Virus record (IMG/VR): IMGVR_UViG_3300021440_000016
Strand: one strand, 5' to 3'
DNA from: a virus
Lineage: Duplodnaviria; Heunggongvirae; Uroviricota; Caudoviricetes
DNA length: 20,351 nt
The translations under genes and the position numbers were made by a program. Shown here piece by piece: positions 1 through 9,559 of the stretch (position 1 is its first letter; the number at the start of each line of letters is the position of its first letter). The notes beneath the pieces are model-generated. The model was not told the DNA's origin. It saw only the letters and a list, made by a program, of their open reading frames with translations, and did no database searches.

Positions 1-757
1 CGTGTGACAAAACGTGGGCATCATCTAGAGCAGTAAGAGGTTTAGCCCTATTTACAGCCACATATAGCTTGCTGGGATCTTCACCGGGATGCATTGCCAT
101 TCCAAGATAGTTATTTCTTTCAAGGAGTGGAAGATCTCCTCCGGTTTCTTTCTTGTATACTTCGCGAATTTCTTGTGGTGTACCTTCTATAAGTTTTGAC
201 TTTTTAACTTCTTCGGGATAAAGAAGTTTGGCCGCTTGTTTCGCACCTTGTGCGGTTTCTTCTTTACCGGTAGCTTCCAGTACAGCGTGACCTAGAAGAT
301 CACCTGATAGCTCTAGAGGGGATGTGCCCTTTGGAGCTACATTAGCCATTTCTTTAATAATATTGTTTTTTGTAATCTCTTCTAGAGCTTTTGCGCCTTT
401 TTCGGATACATCTGAAGAAATCGGTTTGAACTTTTTAAGTACTTCTGCTATTTTAGTGCGAGGTAGCACCTGCCCCGCCACTGCTAGACCTTTGGCGGCA
501 GGGGCGCTGGCCCCGGCCATTTTAGCTAATGCGGCAGCTTTTGCGGCAGCCATGGGCGCTAGTTTCGCAGCGGCAGCTCCAGCCTTAAGTAGAGGAAGGC
601 CTCCAGTAGCGATGTCGTCTAATTGAATCCCTGACTCCCGAATAGAGTCGTCCCCTTCAGCCGGAGCTTCGTCGTTAAGCATATTTTGATATGCTTTAGC
701 AGCTCTAACTTCCGGACTATCCTCTTGATCGTCTAGGGGATTCTTATAATCTGCCAT
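1..757 (-). CDS. Probable virion/structural protein (Ala/Lys-rich), runs off the left end of the window
   Basis: Own translation: ATG at 757 (MADYKNPLDDQEDSPEVRAAKAYQ...) stays open to position 1. It is absent from the ORF track, presumably because it has no stop in the window. Same strand and operon as the tail genes; product inferred from context only. Confidence 0.75.
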   Translation of the reverse strand, partial: MADYKNPLDDQEDSPEVRAAKAYQNMLNDEAPAEGDDSIRESGIQLDDIATGGLPLLKAGAAAAKLAPMAAAKAAALAKMAGASAPAAKGLAVAGQVLPRTKIAEVLKKFKPISSDVSEKGAKALEEITKNNIIKEMANVAPKGTSPLELSGDLLGHAVLEATGKEETAQGAKQAAKLLYPEEVKKSKLIEGTPQEIREVYKKETGGDLPLLERNNYLGMAMHPGEDPSKLYVAVNRAKPLTALDDAHVLSH

Positions 758-758
758 A

Positions 759-833
759 CTATTTTTTCACTTTTTTACTATACTTCTCTTTTAAAAGAGC
801 TTTTAAGCTTGGAAAAGTGTTCACGGTACTCAT
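759..833 (-). CDS. 24-aa basic micro-ORF (MSTVNTFPSLKALLKEKYSKKVKK)
   Basis: Fills the gap between neighbouring late ORFs with 1-2 nt spacing; own translation. Confidence 0.4.
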   Translation of the reverse strand: MSTVNTFPSLKALLKEKYSKKVKK

Positions 834-835
834 AG

Positions 836-985
836 TTATTCAGCTACATGAAGCTCCGCAGAGGTATGACCTTCTGGGCACTGCATCATCTGTTGATAAA
901 GAGCAATATCTGCTTCGGTGATGACAGGTTTTTCGATAGTTCCCATTTCAATACTACAAATAGGGCAAGTAATTTTAGCAATCAT
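836..985 (-). CDS. 49-aa putative Zn-binding protein (CPIC...C-x3-H)
   Basis: Own translation MIAKITCPICSIEMGTIEKPVITEADIALYQQMMQCPEGHTSAELHVAE; GAGG RBS upstream of the ATG. Confidence 0.7.
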   Translation of the reverse strand: MIAKITCPICSIEMGTIEKPVITEADIALYQQMMQCPEGHTSAELHVAE

Positions 986-996
986 AGTTACCTCGA

Positions 997-2193
997 TTAT
1001 AAAGATACGCGAACTAGGTTGCCAGCTCCCGCTGCGCCGCCAGTAAGACCTACTGAGGGGCTACCTGCAGCGCCTGCCGAGCCGAACGTTTCTGAACCAG
1101 AGTTATCTAAACTAGAGTATAGCGTCACACGGCCGCCCGAACCACCACCGCCGCCCGCGCCGCCAGTTCCGGTCCCGATTCCGTTACCACCAACACCGCC
1201 GTCGCCTCCAGAAGCAGCCACTGCATTAGTGGCAGTAGTTCCAGTAAGTGTTGAGTAGGCAACGTATACCCAGCCTCCGCCTCCTCCAGCGCCAGCGCCG
1301 CCGCCTCCGACGTTACCAGCCGCGCCGTTAGCGCCACCACCACCAATACCGCCCAATGCTGAAATTGCTCCAGCTGCAGTTGAAGCTCCACGATTAATAA
1401 CTTTTGCTAAGACAACAACAACACCTCCGCCACCACCTCCGCCGCCGCCGCCGCGACCGAGATTGGTACCGTCACCAGCTCCAGAGCCGCCGCCACGACC
1501 GCCGGCTCCGCCTTGAATAAGAGTGACACCGCGTATCATATCTTGCGTAAAATAACGAATTGGAGTTGCTAAAGCGACTGATCCACCAACTGCACCAGAA
1601 CCGCCGGCTCCAGAAGTGCCGGTGCCTCCTGTTCCAGAAGAACCCCCCGCACCTCCATTAGCTGGAGTAGTACCAGTGACAGCAGCGGAAGAAGCTCCGA
1701 CACCAACAACCCCCGTAGCGCCTGCGGAACCTGGAGTAGAAGCGCCTAGCATTGCAGCAGCGATGTTAGTTCCGGCTGCACCGCCGGTTTGAATCGTGGC
1801 GGTGCTGCCCGCGCCTCCGTCTGCGTTAATTGCGCCTGCGCCGGCTGCAGAAATATCAAGAATACCCTTAACAAAAACTCTGTACCCTGCGGTAGCAATC
1901 TTTGCTGCTCCGGTTAGAGTTAAGTTGTTGTAGAACATGTCTTTAGTAAGAGTGGTGACCCCAGCAGAAAGGGTAACATCTCCGTCAGAGCCGTCACCAA
2001 ATGACTGGATAGAGTTAGTCTGCGCTGGACCTTGAAGGCCTCCATAGGAAAGAGAGTTCCAAGCTGTGATCCCGTTGCCGACCTTAAACTGTCCAGTGTC
2101 GGTCTCTACACCCATCTCGCCGCTGGCTAGAATAGGGTTAGCGGAAGACCACTGAGCGGCTGTGCCGCGTCTTAGTTGAATTTGAATAGACAT
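997..2193 (-). CDS. Tail fibre/adhesin: Mtd (major tropism determinant)-like N-terminal domain plus Gly-rich C-terminal domain
   Basis: The N-terminus IQLRRGTAAQWSSANPILASGEMGVETDTGQFKVGNGITAWNSL matches the recognisable Mtd_N/hyaluronidase-type head motif. It is followed by long GG-rich repeats typical of phage Gly-rich tail proteins. Confidence 0.8.
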   Translation of the reverse strand: MSIQIQLRRGTAAQWSSANPILASGEMGVETDTGQFKVGNGITAWNSLSYGGLQGPAQTNSIQSFGDGSDGDVTLSAGVTTLTKDMFYNNLTLTGAAKIATAGYRVFVKGILDISAAGAGAINADGGAGSTATIQTGGAAGTNIAAAMLGASTPGSAGATGVVGVGASSAAVTGTTPANGGAGGSSGTGGTGTSGAGGSGAVGGSVALATPIRYFTQDMIRGVTLIQGGAGGRGGGSGAGDGTNLGRGGGGGGGGGGVVVVLAKVINRGASTAAGAISALGGIGGGGANGAAGNVGGGGAGAGGGGGWVYVAYSTLTGTTATNAVAASGGDGGVGGNGIGTGTGGAGGGGGSGGRVTLYSSLDNSGSETFGSAGAAGSPSVGLTGGAAGAGNLVRVSL

Positions 2194-2208
2194 AATATAC
2201 TCCTTAAA

Positions 2209-3075
2209 TTAAGGTGTGCCACCGTTGATAGCTGCCGTGCCGCCATAAACCGAGCTAGGCGTACCGCCCTCAAGATTGCCATAAGCTTGAGCAGCAAAAA
2301 TAGAATCCACATAAGATTTAGTGGCAGCTTCAAGTGAGGAAGTAGGAGAACCACTTAGAACTAGAGTACCTAGCATCGTATCTCCGGCTTTATTAACCGG
2401 AGTGAACCCTAAAGAAGACTGCTTTCCGTTTAATTGAGTTTGAATCGAAGAAGTGACACCGCTGACAAATCCCAACTCAGTACTAGTTACAGACGAAGCT
2501 GAAGGTAGACCGTTAGTATCGCTAACTAAAGCTCTGCTTGCGGTAATTGCAGAAGATTCTACAATCTTACTTCCGCTAGAAATCATAACCCTGTTATTAT
2601 TTAACGCCGTGGAGCTATTGGTACCGCCATTGGCAATGGGTAGAACCCCCGTAACTTCGGTAGCAAGGTTAGCTTGCCCCGTAGTTAGAGCAGAACCAGA
2701 GGAGCGAACTAGCCCAGAGGAGGGTACAACGGCTACAACACCTGAAGCTGGGAAAGTTGCGGTAGAAGAAATACCGATACCCCCATTAGTTGTGGCAAGG
2801 ATACCACTGACCTTAGTTCCTAGTGGAAGAGTCGGAATATCGTTAACTACTAGTTGACGAAACGTAGGGGCAGCTGAGGCACCCGACGTAGGTCCAGAGA
2901 AAACTGTGTTAGCCGACTGAGAAGCAAGATCTAGAATAATGATACCGCTAGTGGTTACTGGGGAACCTGTGACGGTAAAAATAGAAGGGGCTGCTACTGC
3001 GACTGAGGTCACTGTGCCCGAACCGCCGCCTCCACCGCCACTGCCGGTATTATCTGGTATATTAACAAATGACAT
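2209..3075 (-). CDS. Tail fibre-like structural protein
   Basis: Ser/Thr/Gly-rich with repeated G(V/I)L(P/A)xxNGG(T/I) motifs common in phage fibre shafts; late operon context. Confidence 0.7.
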   Translation of the reverse strand: MSFVNIPDNTGSGGGGGGSGTVTSVAVAAPSIFTVTGSPVTTSGIIILDLASQSANTVFSGPTSGASAAPTFRQLVVNDIPTLPLGTKVSGILATTNGGIGISSTATFPASGVVAVVPSSGLVRSSGSALTTGQANLATEVTGVLPIANGGTNSSTALNNNRVMISSGSKIVESSAITASRALVSDTNGLPSASSVTSTELGFVSGVTSSIQTQLNGKQSSLGFTPVNKAGDTMLGTLVLSGSPTSSLEAATKSYVDSIFAAQAYGNLEGGTPSSVYGGTAAINGGTP

Positions 3076-3077
3076 TT

Positions 3078-3422
3078 TTAGCCTCTTTTGGCATTAATAA
3101 GAGCGGTTAGATTTCCACTTCCGGAAGCTCTGTCGTAAACTACTTTTACGAAGGCATAAGCGGGCTTCTCTACGTTAACCATATGTGACCCGCTTGAACC
3201 GCTTACAACTATTAGGGATTCTGTAATTTGTGTAAAGGTTACGCCGTCGTTTGAAGCGGCCAAATATAAGTTACCAGCGGGAGAAGAACCTCCGCTCCAA
3301 ATCATTTGAGCGCAGTAACTAACGGCCTCGTTTAGATTGACCGCTTCTGAAGAAAGACTGCTAGCCATGCTGCTTTCAGAAAAAACTGTCTTATTAAAAA
3401 GATGAATTGGTAATTCTGCCAT
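3078..3422 (-). CDS. Small beta-rich virion protein, function unknown
   Basis: 114-aa ORF in the late operon with alternating beta-strand patterns; preceded by the TAACAACT motif. Confidence 0.65.
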   Translation of the reverse strand: MAELPIHLFNKTVFSESSMASSLSSEAVNLNEAVSYCAQMIWSGGSSPAGNLYLAASNDGVTFTQITESLIVVSGSSGSHMVNVEKPAYAFVKVVYDRASGSGNLTALINAKRG

Positions 3423-3441
3423 AAATTTTCCTAACTAATAT

Positions 3442-3449
3442 AGTTGTTA
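3442..3449 (-). promoter_or_regulatory. TAACAACT motif (putative late promoter element)
   Basis: Identical octamer in four minus-strand intergenic positions; here 20 nt upstream of the start at 3422. Confidence 0.6.
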
Positions 3450-3454
3450 CTCTT

Positions 3455-3598
3455 CTATTTTTTTAAAAATATTAATGTGCTAGTTAATAAGGCTGCATTA
3501 ATTAGCGAACTTATAAATAAAGCTATAATTAACTTCTTGTTATTATTGAGCTTTGGGGTTTTTCTCGGGATAGATCCCTTAATCGCTAGTTTAGCCAC
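3455..3598 (-). CDS. 47-aa single-pass membrane protein
   Basis: Own translation from GTG 3598 (GAGG RBS upstream): MAKLAIKGSIPRKTPKLNNNKKLIIALFISSLINAALLTSTLIFLKK; basic N-terminus plus one hydrophobic helix. Confidence 0.6.
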   Translation of the reverse strand: MAKLAIKGSIPRKTPKLNNNKKLIIALFISSLINAALLTSTLIFLKK

Positions 3599-3600
3599 AA

Positions 3601-4431
3601 TTAATTATCCTCTTCTGTCCACTCAATATACAAAGTAAAAGAGCCCTCTTCCAAAGTAGCTCCATTTAAATTTAAACATAGGTAATCATTAGGAGATTTG
3701 AGTATAGGTTGTTGACTACCTACTTCTGGAAAATTCCATTCAAAGGGGACGTTCGGCTCCGTGGTATCACCAATAAACACCTTAGTTGCGCGTATTATTC
3801 CATTAGAACTTGCCAATGAAGGGTTTACGTTATATGCTCGAACCACTGCTCCGGGAGAAGCATTACCATTATCCATAGACGCTATAGGCTCCATAATGGG
3901 GTCGCCGCCGTCGTTGGAGCCCGATCTTTTAATAAGTAGAAAATTTAGGAGCCGTGGATTCCTCTGCGTCCCAGAAATACTAATTTTTGATATTCTTACT
4001 AGCTTCTTCTCTGCCCCTTGAATAGTTAGAATATCTGAAGCTTCGGACGCCGGAACAAGATCAATTGCAGTAGAAACATAGGTCCGTCTGGTGTAGACTT
4101 CGGTGTTTATGCTACCGTTTTTATTAATATCTAGGGTAGCTTCTCCGTCAGAAATAGCAATGCTGTCTCCTGTTCCTGCGGAGATGGATACGTCTAGGGT
4201 ACCTTCAATATTTGCATTGATAGAGCCATCAGCATTGATGAGAAGCTCGTTACTATTCGAAGAATTTCTAATAGCAATATTGTCATTGCTTGATTGAATT
4301 TCTACGGCAAAGGGGCCAGCTATCGTAGCCGTGACGGACGCATCTACACGGAGCCTATCATTAGCCTGATCGAAGGATCTCTGTAGGATTTGATTCTGGT
4401 CTAATAACGTAGGACTAGGATTTTTGGCCAT
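3601..4431 (-). CDS. Virion structural protein, function unknown
   Basis: 276-aa ORF directly downstream of the portal with beta-rich composition; context only. Confidence 0.65.
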   Translation of the reverse strand: MAKNPSPTLLDQNQILQRSFDQANDRLRVDASVTATIAGPFAVEIQSSNDNIAIRNSSNSNELLINADGSINANIEGTLDVSISAGTGDSIAISDGEATLDINKNGSINTEVYTRRTYVSTAIDLVPASEASDILTIQGAEKKLVRISKISISGTQRNPRLLNFLLIKRSGSNDGGDPIMEPIASMDNGNASPGAVVRAYNVNPSLASSNGIIRATKVFIGDTTEPNVPFEWNFPEVGSQQPILKSPNDYLCLNLNGATLEEGSFTLYIEWTEEDN

Positions 4432-4457
4432 TGGATGTCCTGTATTTGACTAATCGG

Positions 4458-6518
4458 TTACCCACTTGATGGAGGGGCCATTTGCGTTGCTAATACCGGA
4501 TTATTCTTAAAGGGAGCTGGGGGACTAGCTGGTTCTGGTAACTTTACGTTTTCTATGCCCGGACCCTGCATCTGCTGCCCCGGTACTACTTGTCCAGAAC
4601 CCGGACTCATCTCAGCAGGAATAGGACTATTTGCTACGGCTCCGGCTGGAGGAGCGGGTGGAGCAGGAGGAGCCACAGGCTGCTCACCGATAAGCTGGAG
4701 AAGAGCTGGATCTGTATTACGTAGGAACTGTAAATGCTCATTAATATGATTTAACACTGTTTTAACAAGTTCCACATCACGACGAAGTTCAGGATCAGCA
4801 AGGACGGCGCGATGCTCCATGATATGCATTTGATGTTTATCGAGAGGTGAGGTAATAACGGACTGACCTTCCATCATCTGTTCGTTTTCGGATTTAATAA
4901 GCAATAGCTCCGACATTTCACCTTCGTACATAGCTTCGATCTTGCCGGTAGAGATGACTTGGAAGTACTGCTGAGGATCAGTAATAAGTTTCATTTGAAG
5001 CATTTGCTCAGCCATCTGTACACGACCGGCAATAGTACGAGAAAGAGGATTGCCAATGTCCACAACTACTCGGTTGATGGACGAAATTTTCTCACCCGTG
5101 AATTCTTTTAGTAGTGGGCGGTTATTTTTACCTACAACAGCTACCATCTTAGGGGTAGTAGCGAAGTCTTTTAGGATCTGAATAACAGAAGTGCCTACAT
5201 CTTCAACAAGCTTCACGTAGCTCTGTTGTAGTCCTGAGATAAACTGTAGGGCCATGGACTGAACTAGGGCAAGAGCGGTGCCGGACTTTAGGGAGGCTTC
5301 GGGGTTACCTCGGGCTACTGAGTTAACACCTGAAATAGTTTCAGCATTCTGAATAACCATTTCTAGGAATTTAAAGACTTCGGCTGGAGTTTCAGTTAGA
5401 TTGAGCGGTTCTGGTTTTTCATTACCTTCGATGATGTTCATCTGACCCTGAAGCGTGTTGACGTTGATATCCGCGCCACGAGGAACGAAGATATTCTGCA
5501 CAGCAAACGCATTCTGGTTGGTCATGATAGAGCCAAATAGGGCGTTGATGGACTCCTGTAGGGGGTAAATATCGAACATGGGGGTATAACCGTATGGAGT
5601 TCCTAGAATATCACTGGGAGCAATACGGAAAATAGGAAGGCTGCGGTAAGGCATCTTTGTATCTAGAAGTACGCAGTCGCTGTCCAAAAAGAGCATATAG
5701 CGACCTTCTGGGAGAGCGTCCGTCTGCCTGTGGTAGAATTCATAAACGGGAATATCGTCGGTATTATCGTTAGAGAAAACAGCTAAACGATAAATTGCTG
5801 ATTGATTTTTTGAGGGAATAGCGTTAATCTTATTTCTGAGTTCTGGGAACTTAGCAGCTAAGTCAAACCTATTCTTAAAGGTTCGGCACATGATCCAGTC
5901 ATTGTCCCAGCTTTCCTTAGTTCCATCTACAACAACGTCGAAAGGGGTTAAATTGGAAAATTCTAGTTCACCATCACGGATGGCTTCGCCCGTATCTGGG
6001 TCTACGTCAAAGATATCTCCGCCAGAAGCATTCCAAGAAAGTTTAACATATCCAGCACCTAGAACAATTGCTAGTTCCGCTGCTTTCTTTAAACATTCCT
6101 CAAGGCGCTTTTCGCGCATATAGTATTCAAGAATGCCGTTGGCCAGATAGGTCTGCGCCATTGACTTATAATCTGTATTAATAGCTCTAGCTTCCATGAT
6201 AGGTCTATTAGACGTAATCATGACATAAATGTGCTGAGCTAGATTTCGATAGTGGTTTACAGGAAAGGTTACAAGTTCGCCCTGCTCGCCCGCAAATCCT
6301 ACAGAGTGACCATACCCTACCGTGCGGTCAAAATTACCGTGGTAGAAAGCCCACGACCTTGATAGTTTGTCTAAATAGGCGTTAGCTCTTAATACATTAA
6401 AAAAGGAATCTGCCTTTTCTAATAGGACTGAGGCTGCGTCCTGCGCTTCTTTAGCCGCAAAATAGACATCTTGAGGTTTCGTATAACCTTCGGTATGAGT
6501 TGAATCTTGATAGTCCAT
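4458..6518 (-). CDS. Portal protein
   Basis: 686 aa immediately downstream of TerL, with the size, helical pattern and Pro-rich disordered C-tail of P22-like portals. Confidence 0.85.
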   Translation of the reverse strand: MDYQDSTHTEGYTKPQDVYFAAKEAQDAASVLLEKADSFFNVLRANAYLDKLSRSWAFYHGNFDRTVGYGHSVGFAGEQGELVTFPVNHYRNLAQHIYVMITSNRPIMEARAINTDYKSMAQTYLANGILEYYMREKRLEECLKKAAELAIVLGAGYVKLSWNASGGDIFDVDPDTGEAIRDGELEFSNLTPFDVVVDGTKESWDNDWIMCRTFKNRFDLAAKFPELRNKINAIPSKNQSAIYRLAVFSNDNTDDIPVYEFYHRQTDALPEGRYMLFLDSDCVLLDTKMPYRSLPIFRIAPSDILGTPYGYTPMFDIYPLQESINALFGSIMTNQNAFAVQNIFVPRGADINVNTLQGQMNIIEGNEKPEPLNLTETPAEVFKFLEMVIQNAETISGVNSVARGNPEASLKSGTALALVQSMALQFISGLQQSYVKLVEDVGTSVIQILKDFATTPKMVAVVGKNNRPLLKEFTGEKISSINRVVVDIGNPLSRTIAGRVQMAEQMLQMKLITDPQQYFQVISTGKIEAMYEGEMSELLLIKSENEQMMEGQSVITSPLDKHQMHIMEHRAVLADPELRRDVELVKTVLNHINEHLQFLRNTDPALLQLIGEQPVAPPAPPAPPAGAVANSPIPAEMSPGSGQVVPGQQMQGPGIENVKLPEPASPPAPFKNNPVLATQMAPPSSG

Positions 6519-6538
6519 AAGTAACTTCCTATTGTTAT

Positions 6539-6546
6539 AGTTGTTA
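6539..6546 (-). promoter_or_regulatory. TAACAACT motif upstream of the portal
   Basis: Exact copy 20 nt upstream of the portal ATG. Confidence 0.6.
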
Positions 6547-6596
6547 TTTGGCCCTTGGGTCTTATATTTAAATAATCTATAGCGGCTTTTACAGGA

Positions 6597-8063
6597 TTAT
6601 TTTTTACTTTTTATATTTAATATTTTGTAGAAGTTATTTAAATCCATCCCCATCTGCCTACTTCTCATGCCTAATGGATTAGCGACGTGAGCATCCTCTG
6701 ACCTTAAGTTCAGATCATAGTGAGCTGGGTATGGGTTTTTTGTATAAACTATTGATCTTATTAAATAAATACAGGCGTCTGCCGCATCATAATGGGAGTC
6801 GTCGGGGGAGCGAGCAAACTTTTTACCCGTAGAATCCCATTTGACATTACGTAAATGTCTAATAAGTGTTTGACATCGTGGGTGAATTATAACTTTTTTG
6901 CTGGAAAGCATGACTCGGAGGTTGTTAATGGCCGCTTCCTTGTCATCCTTTTTAGCAGCTAGGAAGTTAATTTCACCTCCACTGGTTCGAGCTATCTCGC
7001 TCATAACAATATAGTTAATGTCGCTGACCCTTAGATAAGGCTTCTTGAGTTCGTGGGTTAGCGGATTGGTCCAAAGTGCAGCTTCTTTTTCTTTAATGAC
7101 AGAACAAAGTCTTGGGACCTGTACATCGGTTCCGCTTACCACGTATTCGTCTTCAATAATAACCTTACCAGCCCTAAAATCGTAGTAAGCAAAAAGGACC
7201 ACTGTCTGGTCTTGGAACCCTAAGTCCATAGATTCATAGCAATCGTAGAAGGGAGGTCTAGGCCACTCGCGAACTATTTCTTTTTCTAGAGCGGGAGTGA
7301 ACTCAGGAATGACCATGGTCTTTGAATCTTTGAGAATTTGACAAAGATACTCGCGTTTAAAGTAATCTGAGTCTTTTCCACCAGCTTCAATCTCTGCTTC
7401 TTCTATTTGTTGTTTAGATAACATGGAGTTATCGTAGATAGTTTTGAGTACTAACGAGTTTTTAAGCTCGGCTTCTTCAATAATTTTAACGAAATCGTGA
7501 TCTGGGTCTTTGGGGGGAGTGCCAGAGATAAGAACCTTACCCTTAGTGGTAAGCGTAGTAGGTAGAATTACTGATTTAAGAGCATCTTCAAGGCCGGTAA
7601 CGTCCTGCGCTTCGTCAATAATAGACAGTTCGGAGGCGCCACCGCGAAGACGCTCTACGTGACCGGACTCGGAGCCGGCCAACTGAATTTCTGAGCCGTT
7701 GGGAAAGTAATAAGTGTAGTCCTTACTGCTAAACTGAGGCTTAATATCCTCTGGGCAGCTCTTAATAACGTCGGCCATGATTCGCCTAAGAATCATATTA
7801 ATCTGAACTTTAGTTGGTGCTAAGAACTTAACTACCGATCCCGGCTTTTTTAGGCAGGTTTCTACTGCAAGTACGCACAAAGTAAAGGTTTTACCACTAC
7901 GTCGAGCTAGAAGCCACGTGTTCGTTTTGTGGGTAGTGTTGTGAAAGAGGTTATAAAGATCTTTTTGGTGAGGCTTTAAAAGCCATACGAGTACGCCAGA
8001 ACGCCATAAGGCATCCTCGGCTTGCTTTCTCGAAATTTTTGGCTTTTTTTCGACATTACTCAT
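6597..8063 (-). CDS. terL: Terminase large subunit
   Basis: Walker A-like ARRSGKT, Walker B IIDEAQ, motif III SGTP, and RNase H-like nuclease motifs SMDLG and HYDAADA. Confidence 0.95.
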   Translation of the reverse strand: MSNVEKKPKISRKQAEDALWRSGVLVWLLKPHQKDLYNLFHNTTHKTNTWLLARRSGKTFTLCVLAVETCLKKPGSVVKFLAPTKVQINMILRRIMADVIKSCPEDIKPQFSSKDYTYYFPNGSEIQLAGSESGHVERLRGGASELSIIDEAQDVTGLEDALKSVILPTTLTTKGKVLISGTPPKDPDHDFVKIIEEAELKNSLVLKTIYDNSMLSKQQIEEAEIEAGGKDSDYFKREYLCQILKDSKTMVIPEFTPALEKEIVREWPRPPFYDCYESMDLGFQDQTVVLFAYYDFRAGKVIIEDEYVVSGTDVQVPRLCSVIKEKEAALWTNPLTHELKKPYLRVSDINYIVMSEIARTSGGEINFLAAKKDDKEAAINNLRVMLSSKKVIIHPRCQTLIRHLRNVKWDSTGKKFARSPDDSHYDAADACIYLIRSIVYTKNPYPAHYDLNLRSEDAHVANPLGMRSRQMGMDLNNFYKILNIKSKK

Positions 8064-8490
8064 TAGAATTTTCTAGAGCAGCTAATAGCTCTTTAGGATC
8101 AATAGCTTCTATCTTAGCTTCGCTGTCAGAATCCTTCTTTTTATTAAGGGAGAGAAGAATATCATTGTAGATTTGAACTTTTTTTGTTTCTTCTAGGGTC
8201 AACTCGCCCTGCATGGCCATCACACGAAGCATTTGTAATTGGGTGCGGGCGATGATTTCAGAATCAGAGGCCCCAAGATCTACACTAGCGACGAGTGAAC
8301 TTTCTTTATTAACCTGAAGGGGGTTAGTTTGCTCAAGAAGCTCTTCGAGATGCTTTTTGTCTTCCTCAAGCTTTGTAAGCTTTTGGGTTAGATTTTGTAT
8401 AACCTGAAACTGAGAGCGAGCGAAAGCCTGTAATTCTACAGACGTTTTATACTCTGAAAGCATGGAATCGATGGTGCTGATGGAACTCAT
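8056..8490 (-). CDS. Coiled-coil protein, candidate terminase small subunit
   Basis: 144 aa, overlaps the terL start and is helical; assignment is by position only. Confidence 0.5.
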   Translation of the reverse strand: MSSISTIDSMLSEYKTSVELQAFARSQFQVIQNLTQKLTKLEEDKKHLEELLEQTNPLQVNKESSLVASVDLGASDSEIIARTQLQMLRVMAMQGELTLEETKKVQIYNDILLSLNKKKDSDSEAKIEAIDPKELLAALENSNE

Positions 8491-8780
8491 TAGAAGCCTC
8501 GTGTCTGCTGCTTAAGTCCTGTGGCGGTGCGAAGAGAAGATACAGAGTTTTTAAGGTCACTTGTGATAAGTTGCTGATCTTTAATCTGCTTTTCAATATC
8601 TTCAAGCTGCTTGGTGATCTTGACTGCTTCATCAGACATGGATTTATACTCAAGAAAAACATAAAGGCTAGAGAGGGCGGCTATGACGGCCACTGATTCC
8701 CAATTAACACCTAAAATTAAAGACTTAAGGCAAAACGCGGTCATAAGACCGGCGGGTAATAGTTTAATTTTCCCTGTCAT
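8490..8780 (-). CDS. Two-TM membrane protein with coiled-coil tail (holin-like candidate)
   Basis: Two hydrophobic segments in the N-terminal 45 aa, then heptad repeats; first gene of the late operon. Confidence 0.5.
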   Translation of the reverse strand: MTGKIKLLPAGLMTAFCLKSLILGVNWESVAVIAALSSLYVFLEYKSMSDEAVKITKQLEDIEKQIKDQQLITSDLKNSVSSLRTATGLKQQTRGF

Positions 8781-8900
8781 ATCAATCCCTTATTCATTAT
8801 TTTTAGGGCAATTTAAGAACATAGACCGATTTAATCACGTACTAGACGTATTGCTATACTAATAGCTGGCGGTAGCGAATTCTTAGCTGACCTTATATAA

Positions 8901-8908
8901 AGTTGTTA
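8901..8908 (-). promoter_or_regulatory. TAACAACT motif heading the packaging operon
   Basis: Exact copy in the intergenic region upstream of 8780. Confidence 0.6.
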
Positions 8909-8949
8909 ATCTGTTCAAAAACTAGAAACCTAACTAAACAACTATAATT

Positions 8950-9141
8950 ATGAATACTTATCAGCTTATTAAGAAAATATGCCCCCATTGCAGTGTAAGC
9001 ATCCTAGATGATCATCCAACTCAGGGGCATTTATGGGATAAGTGCGGATTTTGTGGATATTGCGAACAGAAAGACTTGGAAAGAAGTAAGAAACTCAAGG
9101 AAAAGCAGGCGATGTATGAACCTAACAGAGAAGATCTCTAA
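8950..9141 (+). CDS. Zn-ribbon protein
   Basis: CPHC...CGFCGYC motifs. Confidence 0.65.
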   Translation: MNTYQLIKKICPHCSVSILDDHPTQGHLWDKCGFCGYCEQKDLERSKKLKEKQAMYEPNREDL

Positions 9142-9559
9142 GTACTTTACACTCGGCGAGGCTACTTACCTTCCCAAGTGGAACACTAATCATATTCCTA
9201 CAGAAGAAGAGCTAACCAATCTTAGGCGCCTAGCAGCCGTTTTAGACGCCGTTAGGGACTACATAGGCTCTCCTATCATCGTACACGTTTGGATTCGTCC
9301 TGAGGCCGCTAATTGCGTAAATTCGGATCACAACGGCCAGTCCTACAACAAACTGGTTGGAGGTGCCTCTAGGTCTCTACATCGGTATGGTTTAGCCTGC
9401 GACTTTCATTTTAAAGAAATCGGCTGCGACGATGCTAAAATACTACTCATGCCTAAGCTAGAGGACTTCGGCCTCCGCATGGAGGATAACGGGGCAGGGG
9501 CCGGATGGATTCACTTAGATCTTGGCAAGCCTAACCCAAACCGCTTTTTTAAACCTTAG
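9116..9559 (+). CDS. Peptidase M15 family Zn-dependent peptidoglycan hydrolase (endolysin)
   Basis: SLHRYGLACD (SxHxxGxAxD), upstream Arg and WIHLD motifs, and a typical ISKYFTLGE N-terminus. Start reassigned from 9008 to ATG 9116. Confidence 0.85.
   Translation: MNLTEKISKYFTLGEATYLPKWNTNHIPTEEELTNLRRLAAVLDAVRDYIGSPIIVHVWIRPEAANCVNSDHNGQSYNKLVGGASRSLHRYGLACDFHFKEIGCDDAKILLMPKLEDFGLRMEDNGAGAGWIHLDLGKPNPNRFFKP

Noticed and set aside
759-833. 24-aa ORF reminiscent of a major capsid protein N-terminus (LKALLKEKY)
   Set aside because: Too short for the resemblance to be meaningful; kept only as a low-confidence micro-ORF.
324-2857. Plus-strand track ORFs 324-626, 848-1258 and 2453-2857 (Pro/Ala-rich), plus similar shadows at 3444-5890
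   Set aside because: These are antisense shadows of Gly/Ala-rich minus-strand structural genes; the Pro runs simply mirror Gly codons.
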